From: Priapulus caudatus
Lineage: Eukaryota
DNA length: 64,000 nt
Direction of reading: 5' to 3'
Assembly: GCF_000485595.1 (NCBI RefSeq)
Contig: NW_014577062.1
Coordinates: 726,027-790,026, forward strand
Shown here: positions 41,502 through 50,802 of the stretch, piece by piece
Numbering within the stretch: position 1 is the stretch's first letter
Layout: each line of letters begins with the position of its first letter
Translations under genes and position numbers: made by a program
The notes under the pieces: model-generated
The model's input: the letters and a program-made list of their open reading frames with translations, nothing else
Database searches by the model: none
Told to the model about the DNA's origin: nothing

Positions 41502-44500
41502 ACACTTTTTCAGTGCGAAATTGTTGCCTACGTGGTGGGAAATTCGTGGCTGGAGTACTAATATAAATAGGAAGAACTTCACATATACTGCTAGAATATC
41601 CATTACAGACAATTCGCCCACTGTATGACGGACGATTTAGCAAGCCCTAATCAGATGCCTCCCACACAATTTACATACAACCACCCGCAACCACACAGGC
41701 AAGCACTCAAAAGCCTATCCCTTCTTTTAAGTATAGCTCTATAACTATACACTCAGCATGACCTTTGCACTTCATATTATTGATACGTGAAATGGAATGC
41801 AGGCAACTTGCACCATGTCATCCAGATGAGACGGGATACTAGAGAAGCGTTGCCGAAAGCGAGATGTTGATCCGAAGCGCTGAAGCGCAGATCTTTCGCG
41901 CAGTTCCGCGCAAGCGCACGCGACCGCGGGAACGTCCTAACGACAGTATGCAGCGGCTGGCAGCTATGGATCGTGCGCCGATGAATGGCGGCGGGCCGCA
42001 CGGATCCATAGCTGCCAGCGAACAGTCCGCAATTTAGTTTGGGGGACACAGAGGTGTAGATCATTTGGGACTGTGAACAGTGTTCACTTGTATAAAAAGT
42101 GTAACCGAGTAATTGTTCGTTAACCGAGCTGTGTCACCGCGAAATCACAGAAAGACTGTCGAAATTCTGACATTCGCGACACCTTGGCCCAGTAATGGAA
42201 ACGGCTGTCAGAATCAGGAAAAACACTTACGGCGCTCTTCGCGCCCCCAACGTCACAACGTTTTTTGCAACGTTCAATGGGCGAGGCTCGTACGAGAGTT
42301 TTGGATAAGCAGTGCGCGCGCCTGCCGCCCGCCTATACGCCATAGACTGGCACTCTCTCGCACTCTCGGCTTAAGCTGCACCCTCTCGGCTTCGCTTAGT
42401 CACTCAATGGCTAATCGAAGCTTGGAGAGCGACGTCCTTAGTCTATATAAGTCCTTTGCACCTCGGCAACCTTCTTTGAAAAGAGAGTAAGGACCTATAC
42501 TAGAAACATTAACCAATTTCCGTAGTAAAGTAGATTTCGTATTTAGTTAAGCCATTATATTTTATTGCAAAACGGTCCGAAAGTGCTCGTGCCGGCGCGC
42601 GCCGCGTCCGCATGTAGACTGGGTATTACATTCACAACCTACGGCTTACGGCCTACCGAATACTTGTATTTACTACAAGCTACATGCTTACACTAATTAC
42701 TACTAAGTATACTACTATAGTACTTAGTAGTATGTAGTACTACTAAGTTACCACGCAGCACTAGTACTACTACTAGTACTAGTAAACTACCGAGGACGCA
42801 GGCAGAGCTCATGATATTATAATAGTAATAGTAATAATGACTATAACTCTGTTACATAGTAATTAACTTAGCCTAATAAGTGTAACGAACCCTAACCATA
42901 AGGCTATAACCCTAACCTATTATATTGATTATAATATTATATTTATATGATGTAAATGACATTAGGTTTTTATTGGCGCATGCCCATACCATTGGAGGCC
43001 ATATAAATATCGGGAGGCCATGTTCTCTATCCTTGAACCACTAGTACTACTAGACTACTTATCGACTAGCAAGAAACGCCTCTTTGCTAGCGGTTATGAA
43101 TACCGCCTAGGCTATACTAGACAGCAGGCGACTTCTCAGCGTTTCAATAAATATAATGGTAAAACTAATACGAAATCTATTTACTACGAAATTGTTAATG
43201 TTTCTAGTATACGCCTTACTCTACATAAATGTGCTATAAAATAATGTTAATATAATACAACTTGTCAGTAGGATTTAGTACTACAGTACCGAGCAATAGT
43301 CTTAATTTGATCTTCAAAAGCCCTAAATAAACTTCATTGCTTTTCAACAACCGTTAATACCGAATGCAACACATAGCCGCACGGCAAAATTGTGGCATGG
43401 CACAAGATACAGGACAGTAGATAGTCCGAGCTCCACAAACATAAAGTGCACGTCAGGCCTCTGTGTCCAATTGCTGGTCACCAGATTAAATATTCGGCAG
43501 ACTAAGAACTAAAAGATGGCTACGATAATTAAAACCAAGTAGACTGGTACGATACGGCTTCACTCAGCAACTATCGTTGGCTATACTGAAGTGAGTTACG
43601 GCGTAGCGTGTTGGAACGACGCGCGCAGTCTAGGTCATCCACCGAAGCGTTTTTAAAAAACTTGGAAATGGTACGTAAGATGGACTCGTGGCGCCATCTA
43701 TGGTCCGCGATAACTTCGCAAATTAATGTCAGGGCATGATCCAGCGAAAGGAAAAATTATTTTTCTAGACTTTTCGACCGCGCGCCAACAAAGCAAGCGC
43801 TAGCATTTCGAGCATTTGGAAGTATTCTCGGCCCTAACGTGCATAGTCCAAGAGACTTGCGAAGCGCCAGAACTGGCTGAATTGACCGATCAGGCGAGGC
43901 CGATCTGATCAGAACCCTTAAGTCATAATTGACAGGAGCGCAAGCGATTTCGTTCTAAAGGCGCCACAGGTGGGCGCGACGCGCTTCGCGCGGATATCCG
44001 CTGTAAAAAAAAAAAAGCAGACGTCTACCACCCTTATACACGACTAGAAACAGTATCATTCTGCAAATGGATTTACACCGAAATGATCACCACACTTGTC
44101 TAAGAAGCAGAAAAGCAAAAAATGCTTTATTTAAATATATGATGGCATGATATGGGCACTTTCAAATTACTCACTTTACTCAGAAGCCTACATTTATAGA
44201 GTGTGATAGACATTAATATTCCACATGGAATCAAAATATGATGTATATAAAATTACAACTCAAACTACATTCAAGAAACAACGTTTAAACTCCTCTTTAC
44301 ATGTGTAAGCAGAACGTGACTGAACAGACTCTTCTACAATGTTTCGAAATAAACTATTATGTTCCAACATCCAACAGTACATGAGCCACAGAGAAATCAA
44401 GACTCATGGACTGGGAACAGCCATCCCTTCACAGAACAGCAGTTGTACTGGGCGAGTTCCTTACTACAATACAGATGCACATCATCAAGAGCATATAAAG

Positions 44501-47500
44501 AAGGAGAGCGTACAACGATAAAATGCTAAAACCATGTTGCAGTATTAGTCGAATTAATAAACTTTCCCCGTGTTATTTTGACGATGATTCTTTGCAGTAT
44601 TATTGATCAGCTGTCCTACCTTGTTCATATAAAACAAACTGCTTGTCCCTACGATGCTCCTACGCTGAGATAATGAGCGGTGAAAATCTGGTTTTTTCGC
44701 CAAAATCCGAATAAGATGACTAGGCACTACGACCCTCTTTCATGTGGGCAAAGTGAAATAAGTCACAAAGACAACGGTTTCTTACACAACTCATCTACCC
44801 GAGATGTGCAAGTATCTCAAATTTGGTTAGCCTAGGGGGCGGAAGAGGAAAACTAAGTCCACGGTCAAGGTCAAACTAGGTCAGTGGTAAAAGCACACTA
44901 TAAAAAGAATAATACTGTGCTACACGGTAACAGTACATAATGGAAATGTATGCAAAGTATAGTAATTATATTAGCACACAGAGAAACAGGGATAATAAAG
45001 CTGTTGAGGTGTTACAACATACAAGGTTTACTTCAGAATCTCAAGGTATACAGGGTCATGGTCACTGTAGTATGTGGAGAGGACTCCAGATCGTACACTG
45101 CACGGCAGTTCTTTAGGTGTTGATTAGGGTTAAACTAAAAGTCGGAGAGATTATCTTCAAGTCGAAAGTAAAGGTTAAAGACAGGTGCCAATGCGCACTT
45201 TCTCTCTCAGACGTGTAAGTATACTAAGTCTGGTTGCGCTAGGTCAATTAGGGGCCGAGTTACAGAGCGGAAGGAAAATATGATCAATTTTAAGGTGAAG
45301 GTCAAATAAAGGTCGCAGTGACCTGGTTTTGGTACGCAACACACCTTCCCAAAATGTGCAAGTATGTACCAAGTTTGGTAGCGCTAGGTCAATTAAGGAT
45401 AGAGCTATAGAGCGGAAGGGAAAGTGTCTGCGGTTGCGGTGGCGGTGGTGGTGGCGAGCGGCGGCTGGACAGACATGAAACCATAGTTCGTCGCGGGGGA
45501 TACAATAATATATAAGTCAATTAAACACAGCAGGGGTCACACAAACGCAGCCAAACATAGGCTTGGTGGATTAGTTCATGAATGGGGACCGGGAGGGGGG
45601 GGAAGGTAATGCAAGGTTACCGTATTTATTCATGTATAAGTCGCACTTTTTTGTACACTTTGAACAGTAAAAAATATCAGGAGTGTGAATTATACACATG
45701 GCTAAGAAATCTTGTGCAAGAAATGTCATCGTTCTCGCAACCAGCCGCTATTATGAATGCCGAACCACGTGAGCACATATTACATATGGATGCAGCCATC
45801 TTGAATAAATTACTGTACTTTTCAATGTATACATAGTCACAGATTATGTATGTAGGGGCATACTTTATAAGCTGTATATTTCGCGGGGGTTTAATTTTCG
45901 CGAATTTTGCGAACGCGTCCCCGACCGCGAAAATAACAACATACCGTTCTTTACTGATTCGGAATTCACCGACCACAAAATTAACCGCTCGCAAAATTGT
46001 CCGTCAAGTCTGAATTCGCGAGTATTCCATAATCATGTTCGGAATTTATTTTGTTAACAAATGTGTTCAACATGGCGACCCGTTTAATTGTCCAACTTCA
46101 GTAATAATAGTCGACATGTAACGTAATTTGAAAAGCTCCCTGGCCCTTGTAGTCTCATCTTCCATGTAAATGTTTACCATTAAATGTTTGCTACCAACTT
46201 TTCAAGGCAAAATATCGGGTGCGACTTATACATGACTGCAACTTAAAGTCATACACGAGTAAATATTATGGTAATCCAAATTGCAAATTTTGAATTCATT
46301 TACAAAAAATAAATTGATACACACATCAGCTTCAATAGCACTCACTTCATAAGAATAAATTCTGCCAACGTTTGCTAAATTTTGCACAGCACCAATGGGG
46401 AATGCCTAATGCAAGCTTCTATCTGTTTACATGTTGCTGCTGAAAGATATTGAAGCCAATGCCAGCATATGGACAGGTCCAGGGTTTCTTATAGATGCAC
46501 AGATGCACAGTGGCGCACCGCCGTTGTCAAATTTAACATTGCCGCTGTGAAAATGTAGTAAAATGCTGTCCAAGACATTTAATTTTTTAACATTTTGCTG
46601 GGAGAGAACCCCCCCCCCCATCCAAAACAGCGCTACTCGACACATTTTATTGGCCGATTAAAACAAAACGTTTCGCAAAAAAAAAAATGTGAATTGGGAA
46701 TTAAATACTGGTCAGTTGAATTTTGTTATTCACCATGTAATTCAAAACAGAACATACACACACCTTTACTCATAATTAGCATGATAAATTTGAGAAGATA
46801 AGATTAACTCATTGTCTAACGATGTTCCAAAAATCTCTGACATTGTGTACAACCTCGTGAAATTAAATAATTGCAGTAAACAATTTCAAGCGAGTTCTGC
46901 TTCTCCAAAGTAGTTAGGAAGCACAAGGAAAGCATGCTCACCTTCATTTTCAATGCGTGCGCATGTACACGTGCGTGTGTGTGTGCATGTGCACGTACAC
47001 AGAATACACGTACAGGGTTCTGCCCAGGATTTTTTAGTGCCGGGCGCATCCAGTTGCGACGAAGTCGGAAGAAGCAAGCGCGGTAGGCGCGAAGCCAATC
47101 TAGGGAGGTCCGGGGCATGCCCCACCGGAACATTTCCCATTTTGGATAGTCTGAAACTCAATTTCCTGCATTCTGAGCAATAAAAAGCCCATATACAGAC
47201 TTTTTTTTCTTCTTTTTTTTTATATCAAAAATTAGTGCCGGGCGGAGATATATAGTGTCGGGCAACAACCGCGAGTGCCGGGCACACCCGCCCACCGCCA
47301 CCCACCGTGGGCAGAACCCTGCACGTACATATACGTACTGAACACACCGCACTCAAGATTTCATTGATTTTTGTCACAAATGACCCGGTGACCTGTGACG
47401 TCACACAACCCCTTGGCTAACTACGAACTGGCTTATTCAACGAAATCGATTGAAGTAAGGTAATTGAGCATGGGGTCACACAGGGTCACACAGGGTCTCT

Positions 47501-49610
47501 TATACATAGGAGGCACAGTGGCACACCGCCGTTGTGTCAAATTGTGCGTGTGCGCGTATGCACGTGTGCGTGCATGCACGTACACTGCGTGCGTGCATGC
47601 ACGTACACTGCGTGCGTGCGCGTGCACGTACACGTGCGTGCGTGCGCGCGCTGCCACGTACACATGTGTGCGTGTGCATGTACACGTGCGCGCGTGCACG
47701 TACACGTGCGCGCGTACACGTGCGTGTGCATATGCACCTACACGTGCGTGCGTGCGATGCCACGTATACGTGTGCATGTACACGTGCGCGCACGTACAGG
47801 TGCGTGCGCGCGTGTACACGTGCACGTATGTGCGTGTACGTACACAGAATACACGTACATATACGTACTGAACTGAGAGTGAGAGTGCACGCCGCACTCG
47901 AGATTTCATCGATTTTTGTCACAAATGACCCGGTGACCTGTGACGTCACACAACCCCTTGGCTAACTACGAAATGGCTTATTATATGCACTACAATTTGT
48001 ATTACAATTCTCCGGACACGATAATATCCGGAGCTGGTATCATGTAGTCAAATTCATTTTTCTATGCTACAACTCCATAAAACCTTAGTGTTTTTAATGT
48101 TGGTGTAATCAGTGATATTTCCGCTGTCAGGTGAGACTATATTCAGCTATATTTTTTGGGGATTGAGTGCTTCTGAGCAAAAATCTCGTAATACAGGCTT
48201 AACTAACATAATATATAGATAACTTTTTTTCTCATTGAAGAAGCTAGATACACTAGCCTGTCGTCTTATTTTGTGGAGGAATTCCCACAGAATGTGTGTA
48301 ATGTATTTATTTTTCCATAGCAAAATGCCATTCATAGTGATAACATGTTCATGAACACATGTCATAATTGTCTAGTTATAGGAGTTTCCTCGATATAAGC
48401 CCCCCTTGTTCTCAGTAATTAATATCCTGCAACACGATGTACAGTGGTTTTGACATTTTAGTCTTGCATTCTCGATTTTTCGATTTGAAAATGTTGATAT
48501 ATTTGGCATGATATCCTTCAAGCAAAGCAATGATATATGCTGTATAATTGTTCAATAATGCTATAAATAAAAATGTACGTATTCACTACCATGGCTGAAA
48601 CCATCAGATCGGAGAGTTGGTGTTTTACCAATACCACTAGCCCTCCAAACAATGTGCTGGAATTATATATCCAGATGGACTGGTGCACATTTTTCACCTT
48701 GCAATAATTCATTCCCTTCCAGAAGTAACTGTAGACGAACTCATTTTTATTGGACCGACTCCAGAGAACAAGTGCCTTTAAACCCTGAATATCTCCCCCT
48801 CATATAGAACGAAATTAACGTGCATCTAGTTTGTCATTATGTTTGCATCTCAGTACAGACATTTAAAAGTTTGTCATTTGCATTTTTATAGGAGTAAGTC
48901 CATAGCCATAATACACAAGTATTATAGTTGCCCTGTGATGTTGATGAAATATGATGCTTAACATATTGATTTTTACAGAAACCACGTGGGTTTACAACAG
49001 GCTGAGGCTCCATCTATTCGTACAAACTCGTCCTCATCATTTTCTAAAACTGTCTATAGTATGTCGCCAGAGGTACAAAGAATAGCAGCCAGATGGTGAA
49101 AACATGGGGACCATTTAGGCCTACTAGCTAGAATATATATAGATACCATGCACTGTGTAGTAATGTACTTATGAAGTTATGTAGGGCTACTGTCTGTAGA
49201 CTGTAGTGTCTGTAGTTGTACAGTACTGTACGACTGGTTAATTAAAATGCTTCTGACGGGGAATCAAAGTTTCAAACAACACTTGCACTTTCAAAATGCC
49301 TGCTTACCAGAATAAAGGTCGCACACGTTCTACTTATAACATAAATGTTTGGCAAGACATGACACTAAGCAGGTGGGCGTGGGTGCGGCAAGACGCATGG
49401 GGGCTCCATCACGTCGACAGCATGTTAGCGTGCGCCGCAACAGCATGAACATGAGTAGAGTAAGAACCAAGCTTTTCCACTAATAAAATATCTTACCTTA
49501 AATTCCTTACACATATTAAATCAGAAAGGATACCCTTGTTGCACTCTCGGCTGTGGAAATATGTTATGCTGTCCCGGCTGATGGTACTTTCCCTTGTGGT
49601 TAAAACTCAT
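317..49610 (-). CDS. EIF4G: Eukaryotic translation initiation factor 4 gamma (eIF4G1/3-like); spliced gene span, 3' part (MA3/W2 domains) lies beyond the left edge
   Basis: Phase-consistent GT-AG exon chain: 49534-49610, 31111-31145, 30382-30434, 25159-25332, 24483-24717, 21822-22000, 21252-21365, 19675-21016, 16027-16145, 15752-15868, 15202-15270, 14528-14642, 14042-14172, 4384-4521, 4085-4270, 3755-3892, 3518-3577, 2481-2621, 1723-1802, 1152-1314, 833-937, 317-473. Motifs: PABP-binding [15 protein letters not shown], eIF4E-binding YDRSFLV, MIF4[14 protein letters not shown] / [14 protein letters not shown] / [12 protein letters not shown]. The 5'-most exons are less certain. Confidence 0.95.
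639..780 (-). ncRNA. Intronic H/ACA box snoRNA (~142 nt)
   Basis: Hairpin 1 UGCCUU..AAGGCA, H box AGAGCA (710-715), hairpin 2 GACUAC..GUAGUC with GGCAGGA/UCUGCC upper stem, ACA at 642-644 lying 14 nt from the pocket; same strand as host. Confidence 0.85.
833..937 (-). CDS. EIF4G: eIF4G MIF4G C-terminal exon ([10 protein letters not shown]...[15 protein letters not shown])
   Basis: tttttAG acceptor, GTAAGT donor; SSRxxFMLQxVIxL motif; not in ORF track. Confidence 0.92.
1152..1314 (-). CDS. EIF4G: eIF4G MIF4G exon ([12 protein letters not shown]...[16 protein letters not shown])
   Basis: Canonical MIF4G motif within ORF 1047..1352; CAG/GT boundaries. Confidence 0.95.
1400..1561. mobile_element. 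hAT-like MITE
   Basis: TIR CAGTGCTAATTAAAC / GTTTAAGAAGCACTG; degenerate 8-bp TSD acatagag / gcatagaa. Confidence 0.6.
1723..1802 (-). CDS. EIF4G: eIF4G MIF4G exon (EQEKKTM...[10 protein letters not shown])
   Basis: RRRSxGNI motif; phase-2 end joins exon 1152-1314. Confidence 0.9.
1904..1975 (-). ncRNA. Intronic C/D box snoRNA, predicted 18S rRNA Gm guide (yeast snR57-like site)
   Basis: Terminal stem GAGCC/GGCUC, C box AUGAUGA, D' CAGA, C' UGUUGA, D box CUGA; 12-nt GAAUUCCUCGUU antisense to 18S AACGAGGAAUUC. Confidence 0.88.
2120..2322. mobile_element. MITE with GGGCCC termini and CTG TSD (Harbinger-like)
   Basis: About 35-bp TIR GGGCCCATTGTCAGAAACAAAATT...; CTG flanks both ends. Confidence 0.8.
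2481..2621 (-). CDS. EIF4G: eIF4G MIF4G exon ([19 protein letters not shown])
   Basis: Conserved motif in ORF 2376..2633; CAG/GTAAGT. Confidence 0.95.
3518..3577 (-). CDS. EIF4G: eIF4G MIF4G exon ([20 protein letters not shown])
   Basis: 60 nt, phase 0/0, EPNFS..YA.MC motif, CAG/GTGAG. Confidence 0.92.
3755..3892 (-). CDS. EIF4G: eIF4G MIF4G start exon ([13 protein letters not shown]...[11 protein letters not shown])
   Basis: Hallmark MIF4G N-terminal motif; TAG/GTATG. Confidence 0.96.
4085..4270 (-). CDS. EIF4G: eIF4G exon before MIF4G ([15 protein letters not shown])
   Basis: VKL...AWKP motif; tandem CAGCAG acceptor so the boundary may be 4273. Confidence 0.9.
4384..4521 (-). CDS. EIF4G: eIF4G exon ([10 protein letters not shown]...[15 protein letters not shown])
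   Basis: 138 nt, phase 0/0, CAG/GTAAGT. Confidence 0.8.
5285..5762. mobile_element. Helentron-associated (HINE/DINE-like) element with (GGAC)n
   Basis: (GGAC)n tract followed by stem-loop CATCTGAC-TAT-GTCAGATG and GCTAAAAA. Confidence 0.55.
5825..7921 (-). pseudogene. Second, partly frameshifted copy of five eIF4G exons (duplicate of 14042-16145)
   Basis: Near-identical to 14042-16145 at about 8.22 kb offset; several 1-bp indels in the 4E-binding exon copy 5825-5954; may be sequencing error. Confidence 0.6.
8249..9999. mobile_element. PIF/Harbinger-like non-autonomous element (hosts a nested Helitron)
   Basis: TIRs TGGCGCTGTCACACC / GGTGTGATAGGGCCA, TTA on both sides. Confidence 0.75.
8546..9351 (+). 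mobile_element. Non-autonomous Helitron
   Basis: Begins A|TCTAATATATA, ends CTAG|T, subterminal palindrome GCGGGTACCCGC, no TSD, internal (TATG)n. Confidence 0.8.
13114..13914. mobile_element. HINE/DINE-like element with internal ~310-bp repeats and (GGAC)n; its end continues at 16948-16968
   Basis: Repeat units near 13380-13540 and 13690-13850, (GGAC)n tract, terminal stem-loop CTTGAC..GTCAAG after the gap. Confidence 0.55.
14042..14172 (-). CDS. EIF4G: eIF4G eIF4E-binding exon, intact copy ([23 protein letters not shown]...)
   Basis: YxxxxL-phi motif preceded by QWSP and followed by KPDGLP; TAG/GTATG. Confidence 0.93.
14528..14642 (-). CDS. EIF4G: eIF4G exon (VAEKNLENN...PKYEYQD)
   Basis: 115 nt, phase-1 end joins 14172; KYxY before the 4E-binding motif. 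Confidence 0.88.
15202..15270 (-). CDS. EIF4G: eIF4G 69-nt exon ([23 protein letters not shown])
   Basis: Open, phase 0/0, TAG/GTTAG; symmetric, so possibly a cassette exon. Confidence 0.7.
15752..15868 (-). CDS. EIF4G: eIF4G exon ([10 protein letters not shown]...LSGRQ); second copy at 7528-7644
   Basis: 117 nt, phase 0/0, CAG/GTGAG. Confidence 0.82.
16027..16145 (-). CDS. EIF4G: eIF4G exon (KDSNKKNGG...[13 protein letters not shown]); second copy at 7803-7921
   Basis: Basic stretch followed by D.DAF, as seen upstream of the eIF4G 4E site; phase 1/0; CAG/GTAAG. Confidence 0.87.
16842..16851. other. Assembly gap (10 N); second gap at 22844-22853
   Basis: N runs. Confidence 1.
17787..18620. 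mobile_element. hAT-like non-autonomous element nested in an older hAT-like MITE (about 17675-18683)
   Basis: TIR TAGGACTGTCAT / ATGACAGCCCTA, TSD gggtctgc / gggtctgt, ATCGA-type subterminal repeats. Confidence 0.7.
19675..21016 (-). CDS. EIF4G: eIF4G large low-complexity P/E/K/V-rich exon (~447 aa)
   Basis: ORF 19532..20920 extends upstream to PPGAPP...[14 protein letters not shown] acceptor at 21017, GTGAG donor at 19674. Confidence 0.9.
21252..21365 (-). CDS. EIF4G: eIF4G G/S-rich exon ([17 protein letters not shown]...)
   Basis: 114 nt, phase 0/0, CAG/GTGAGT. Confidence 0.85.
21822..22000 (-). CDS. EIF4G: eIF4G PABP-binding exon ([22 protein letters not shown])
   Basis: Resembles the eIF4G1 PABP motif [22 protein letters not shown]; phase 1/0. 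Confidence 0.9.
22352..23441. mobile_element. Longer member of the same CWG-TSD MITE family, with a nested foldback element at 22584-23032
   Basis: Termini (A)GGGCCATTGTCAGAAAC / GTTTCTGACAACGGGCCC, CAG TSD; internal ~180-bp inverted arms span the N gap 22844-22853. Confidence 0.75.
24483..24717 (-). CDS. EIF4G: eIF4G N-terminal polyQ exon
   Basis: 235 nt, phase 0/1, within ORF 24367..24729. Confidence 0.85.
25159..25332 (-). CDS. EIF4G: eIF4G N-terminal Q/P-rich exon (NAYYTSRQQ...PGVA)
   Basis: 174 nt, phase 0/0, CAG/GTAAGT. Confidence 0.85.
25500..25721 (-). CDS. EIF4G: eIF4G alternative (probably first) coding exon MYVPASS...RPPSNT
   Basis: Q/P-rich ORF from ATG, phase-0 GTAGG donor compatible with 25332; in-frame TGA upstream. 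Confidence 0.65.
25850..26922. mobile_element. Foldback non-autonomous DNA transposon with 428-bp TIRs and 8-bp TSD (P-element- or hAT-like)
   Basis: 25850-26277 is the reverse complement of 26495-26922; termini CACAGG..CCTGTG; TSD CATACACC at 25842-25849 and 26923-26930. Confidence 0.93.
27646..28270. mobile_element. hAT-like non-autonomous element
   Basis: TIR TAGTGATG / CATCACTA, AATCGATT subterminal repeats, TSD cgaaggac / cgaagggg. Confidence 0.72.
30382..30434 (-). CDS. EIF4G: eIF4G small exon ([17 protein letters not shown])
   Basis: 53 nt, phase 1/0, ttacAG/GTATT; composition fits the N-terminus. Confidence 0.7.
31111..31145 (-). CDS. EIF4G: eIF4G 35-nt exon ([11 protein letters not shown])
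   Basis: ttccAG/GTAAGT; phase 2/1 bridges 49534 (or 36531) to 30434. Confidence 0.62.
31414..31847. mobile_element. MITE, copy 1 of the family also at 33489-33934
   Basis: Highly similar to 33489-33934; end GGAAAATCACTGTCCCTA; AAACGGAA subterminal repeats. Confidence 0.75.
33489..33934. mobile_element. MITE, copy 2 (18-bp perfect TIR)
   Basis: TAGGGACAGTGATTTTCC / GGAAAATCACTGTCCCTA; TCAACC on both flanks. Confidence 0.8.
35105..35250. repeat. (GCAC)n/(CA)n microsatellite; others at 14461-14505, 30158-30243, 58120-58215 (TC)n, 59545-59657 (GA)n
   Basis: Direct inspection. Confidence 0.9.
37980..38845. mobile_element. PIF/Harbinger-like GC-rich non-autonomous element
   Basis: Imperfect TIR TACCCCCAGTCAG / CTGACGGGGGTG, TTA flanks, repeated GGCGACC motifs. 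Confidence 0.65.
45620..46271. mobile_element. Tc1/mariner-pogo-like MITE with a nested fragment
   Basis: TA|CCGTATTTATTCATGTATAAGTCGCAC and GTGCGACTTATAC...TATGG|TA. Confidence 0.55.
46950..47981. repeat. Purine-pyrimidine alternating low-complexity tract with a ~110-bp direct repeat (47322-47436 / 47852-47981)
   Basis: GTGCAC/GTACAC/GTGCGT runs; duplicated GATTTTTGTCACAAATGACCCGGTGACCTGTGACGTCACAC. Confidence 0.8.
47013..47321. mobile_element. hAT-like MITE with 6-bp duplication
   Basis: TIR CAGGGTTCTGCCCA / TGGGCAGAACCCTG; CACGTA on both flanks; empty site visible at 47843-47873. Confidence 0.8.
49534..49610 (-). CDS. EIF4G: Probable main start exon of eIF4G ([26 protein letters not shown])
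   Basis: Strong acceptor tttcatAG at 49680, ATG at 49610, phase-2 donor; upstream non-coding exon with GTAAG donor at 49821. Confidence 0.58.
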
Positions 49611-49821
49611 CGCAAGGTGCGAAATGTAGGCCTGCGAAGGACCCTCTCTCTTTCTAAGCTTGTTTCCAAGCCCAATCTCCTATGAAACACGAAACAATTT
49701 CACAGACATGAAAATTAAGCTCATTTCTTGTCATAGCCTACTTGTAGACACATAACAACAAGCCAAATTGTAGATGATTGCTGATTATATTAAGTATGCT
49801 TTCTAAATATGGCTACCTTAC

Positions 49822-49960
49822 TTGCGGATCCGCAAGGAGACGAGTTCGTGAGTTTCCGCCAGTACTCGGCGAAGGAATCGACACGAGAAATTGCCAACAT
49901 GTGGCAGCACCATCCAATGGTCAATCTCACACGAGAGTGTGAAAGCGGTGCTCTGCTCTC
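49822..49960 (-). promoter_or_regulatory. Candidate non-coding first exon / core promoter of eIF4G
   Basis: CpG-richer stretch ending in a CAA|GTAAGG donor 140 nt upstream of the ATG exon; TSS position inferred only. Confidence 0.45.
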
Positions 49961-50413
49961 ACCATAGTCATAGATTTTAGACAATGAGCTGTGAACTGAT
50001 ATGTTACATAACATATTAGTTATATGTCTGCTTATATATCAGCTTGTATATCAGTGATAAATTAAATATCATGTATCATATATTATCATACATCTGATCA
50101 TGCATCATATCGTGGGTTAATAATAAATAATATAGATAGATAATAAAGACAAATTTGTCATTGTGTTTTTACTTGTCAAATTTGTCATTATTAACCCCTA
50201 ACCATATCATATCATGACATTCATATCAGGAGCGTCATAATATATATAATGTGACATCATATCATATCATATCTTATCATATCATATCATATCATATCAT
50301 ATCAAATATCATATATACATATCATATCATATCATATCATATCATATCATATCATATCATATCATATCATATCATATCATATCATATCATATCATATCTT
50401 ATCATATCATATC

Positions 50414-50723
50414 TAGGTGCGGATCTAAGGGGGGTGTCCGAGGGGTCCGGACCCCCCCCCCTTAATTTCAAAGTGACCTAAAAAATTAAAAGATAATTTT
50501 CTGCTAAAAATTTGGAATTCCATCTTGCATTCTAGACATCAAAATTACTACTCAGATGCTCTCAGAATGGACCAATATTTAAGAAATTTTCTTGGGGGAG
50601 GTCCCTCAACCCCCCCCCCCCGTAAGTGGTGCCTTCGTCAGCTTATTAAAACACCAGAAAAATTAAGCAGAAAAAAGTGCCCTTTATTACACACCCCTTT
50701 CTAAAATCCTGGATCCGCCCCTG
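50414..50723. mobile_element. MITE inserted in an (ATATC)n microsatellite (about 50200-50760)
   Basis: TIR TAGGTGCGGATCTA / TGGATCCGCCCCTG. Confidence 0.7.
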
Positions 50724-50802
50724 ATATCATATCATATCATATCATATCATAATAATCATATAACAGTTATATGTAAACTATATAATAACGTATATGTACA
50801 GA

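Noticed and set aside
42009..42030. UAGCUGCC seed resembling the miR-22/980 family
   Set aside because: Falls at the base of the 3' arm and the remaining sequence does not match
47433..47965. Overlapping C/V/H/R/T-rich ORFs (also 34919-35487, 58084-58314, 59513-59764)
   Set aside because: Translations of microsatellite or low-complexity DNA
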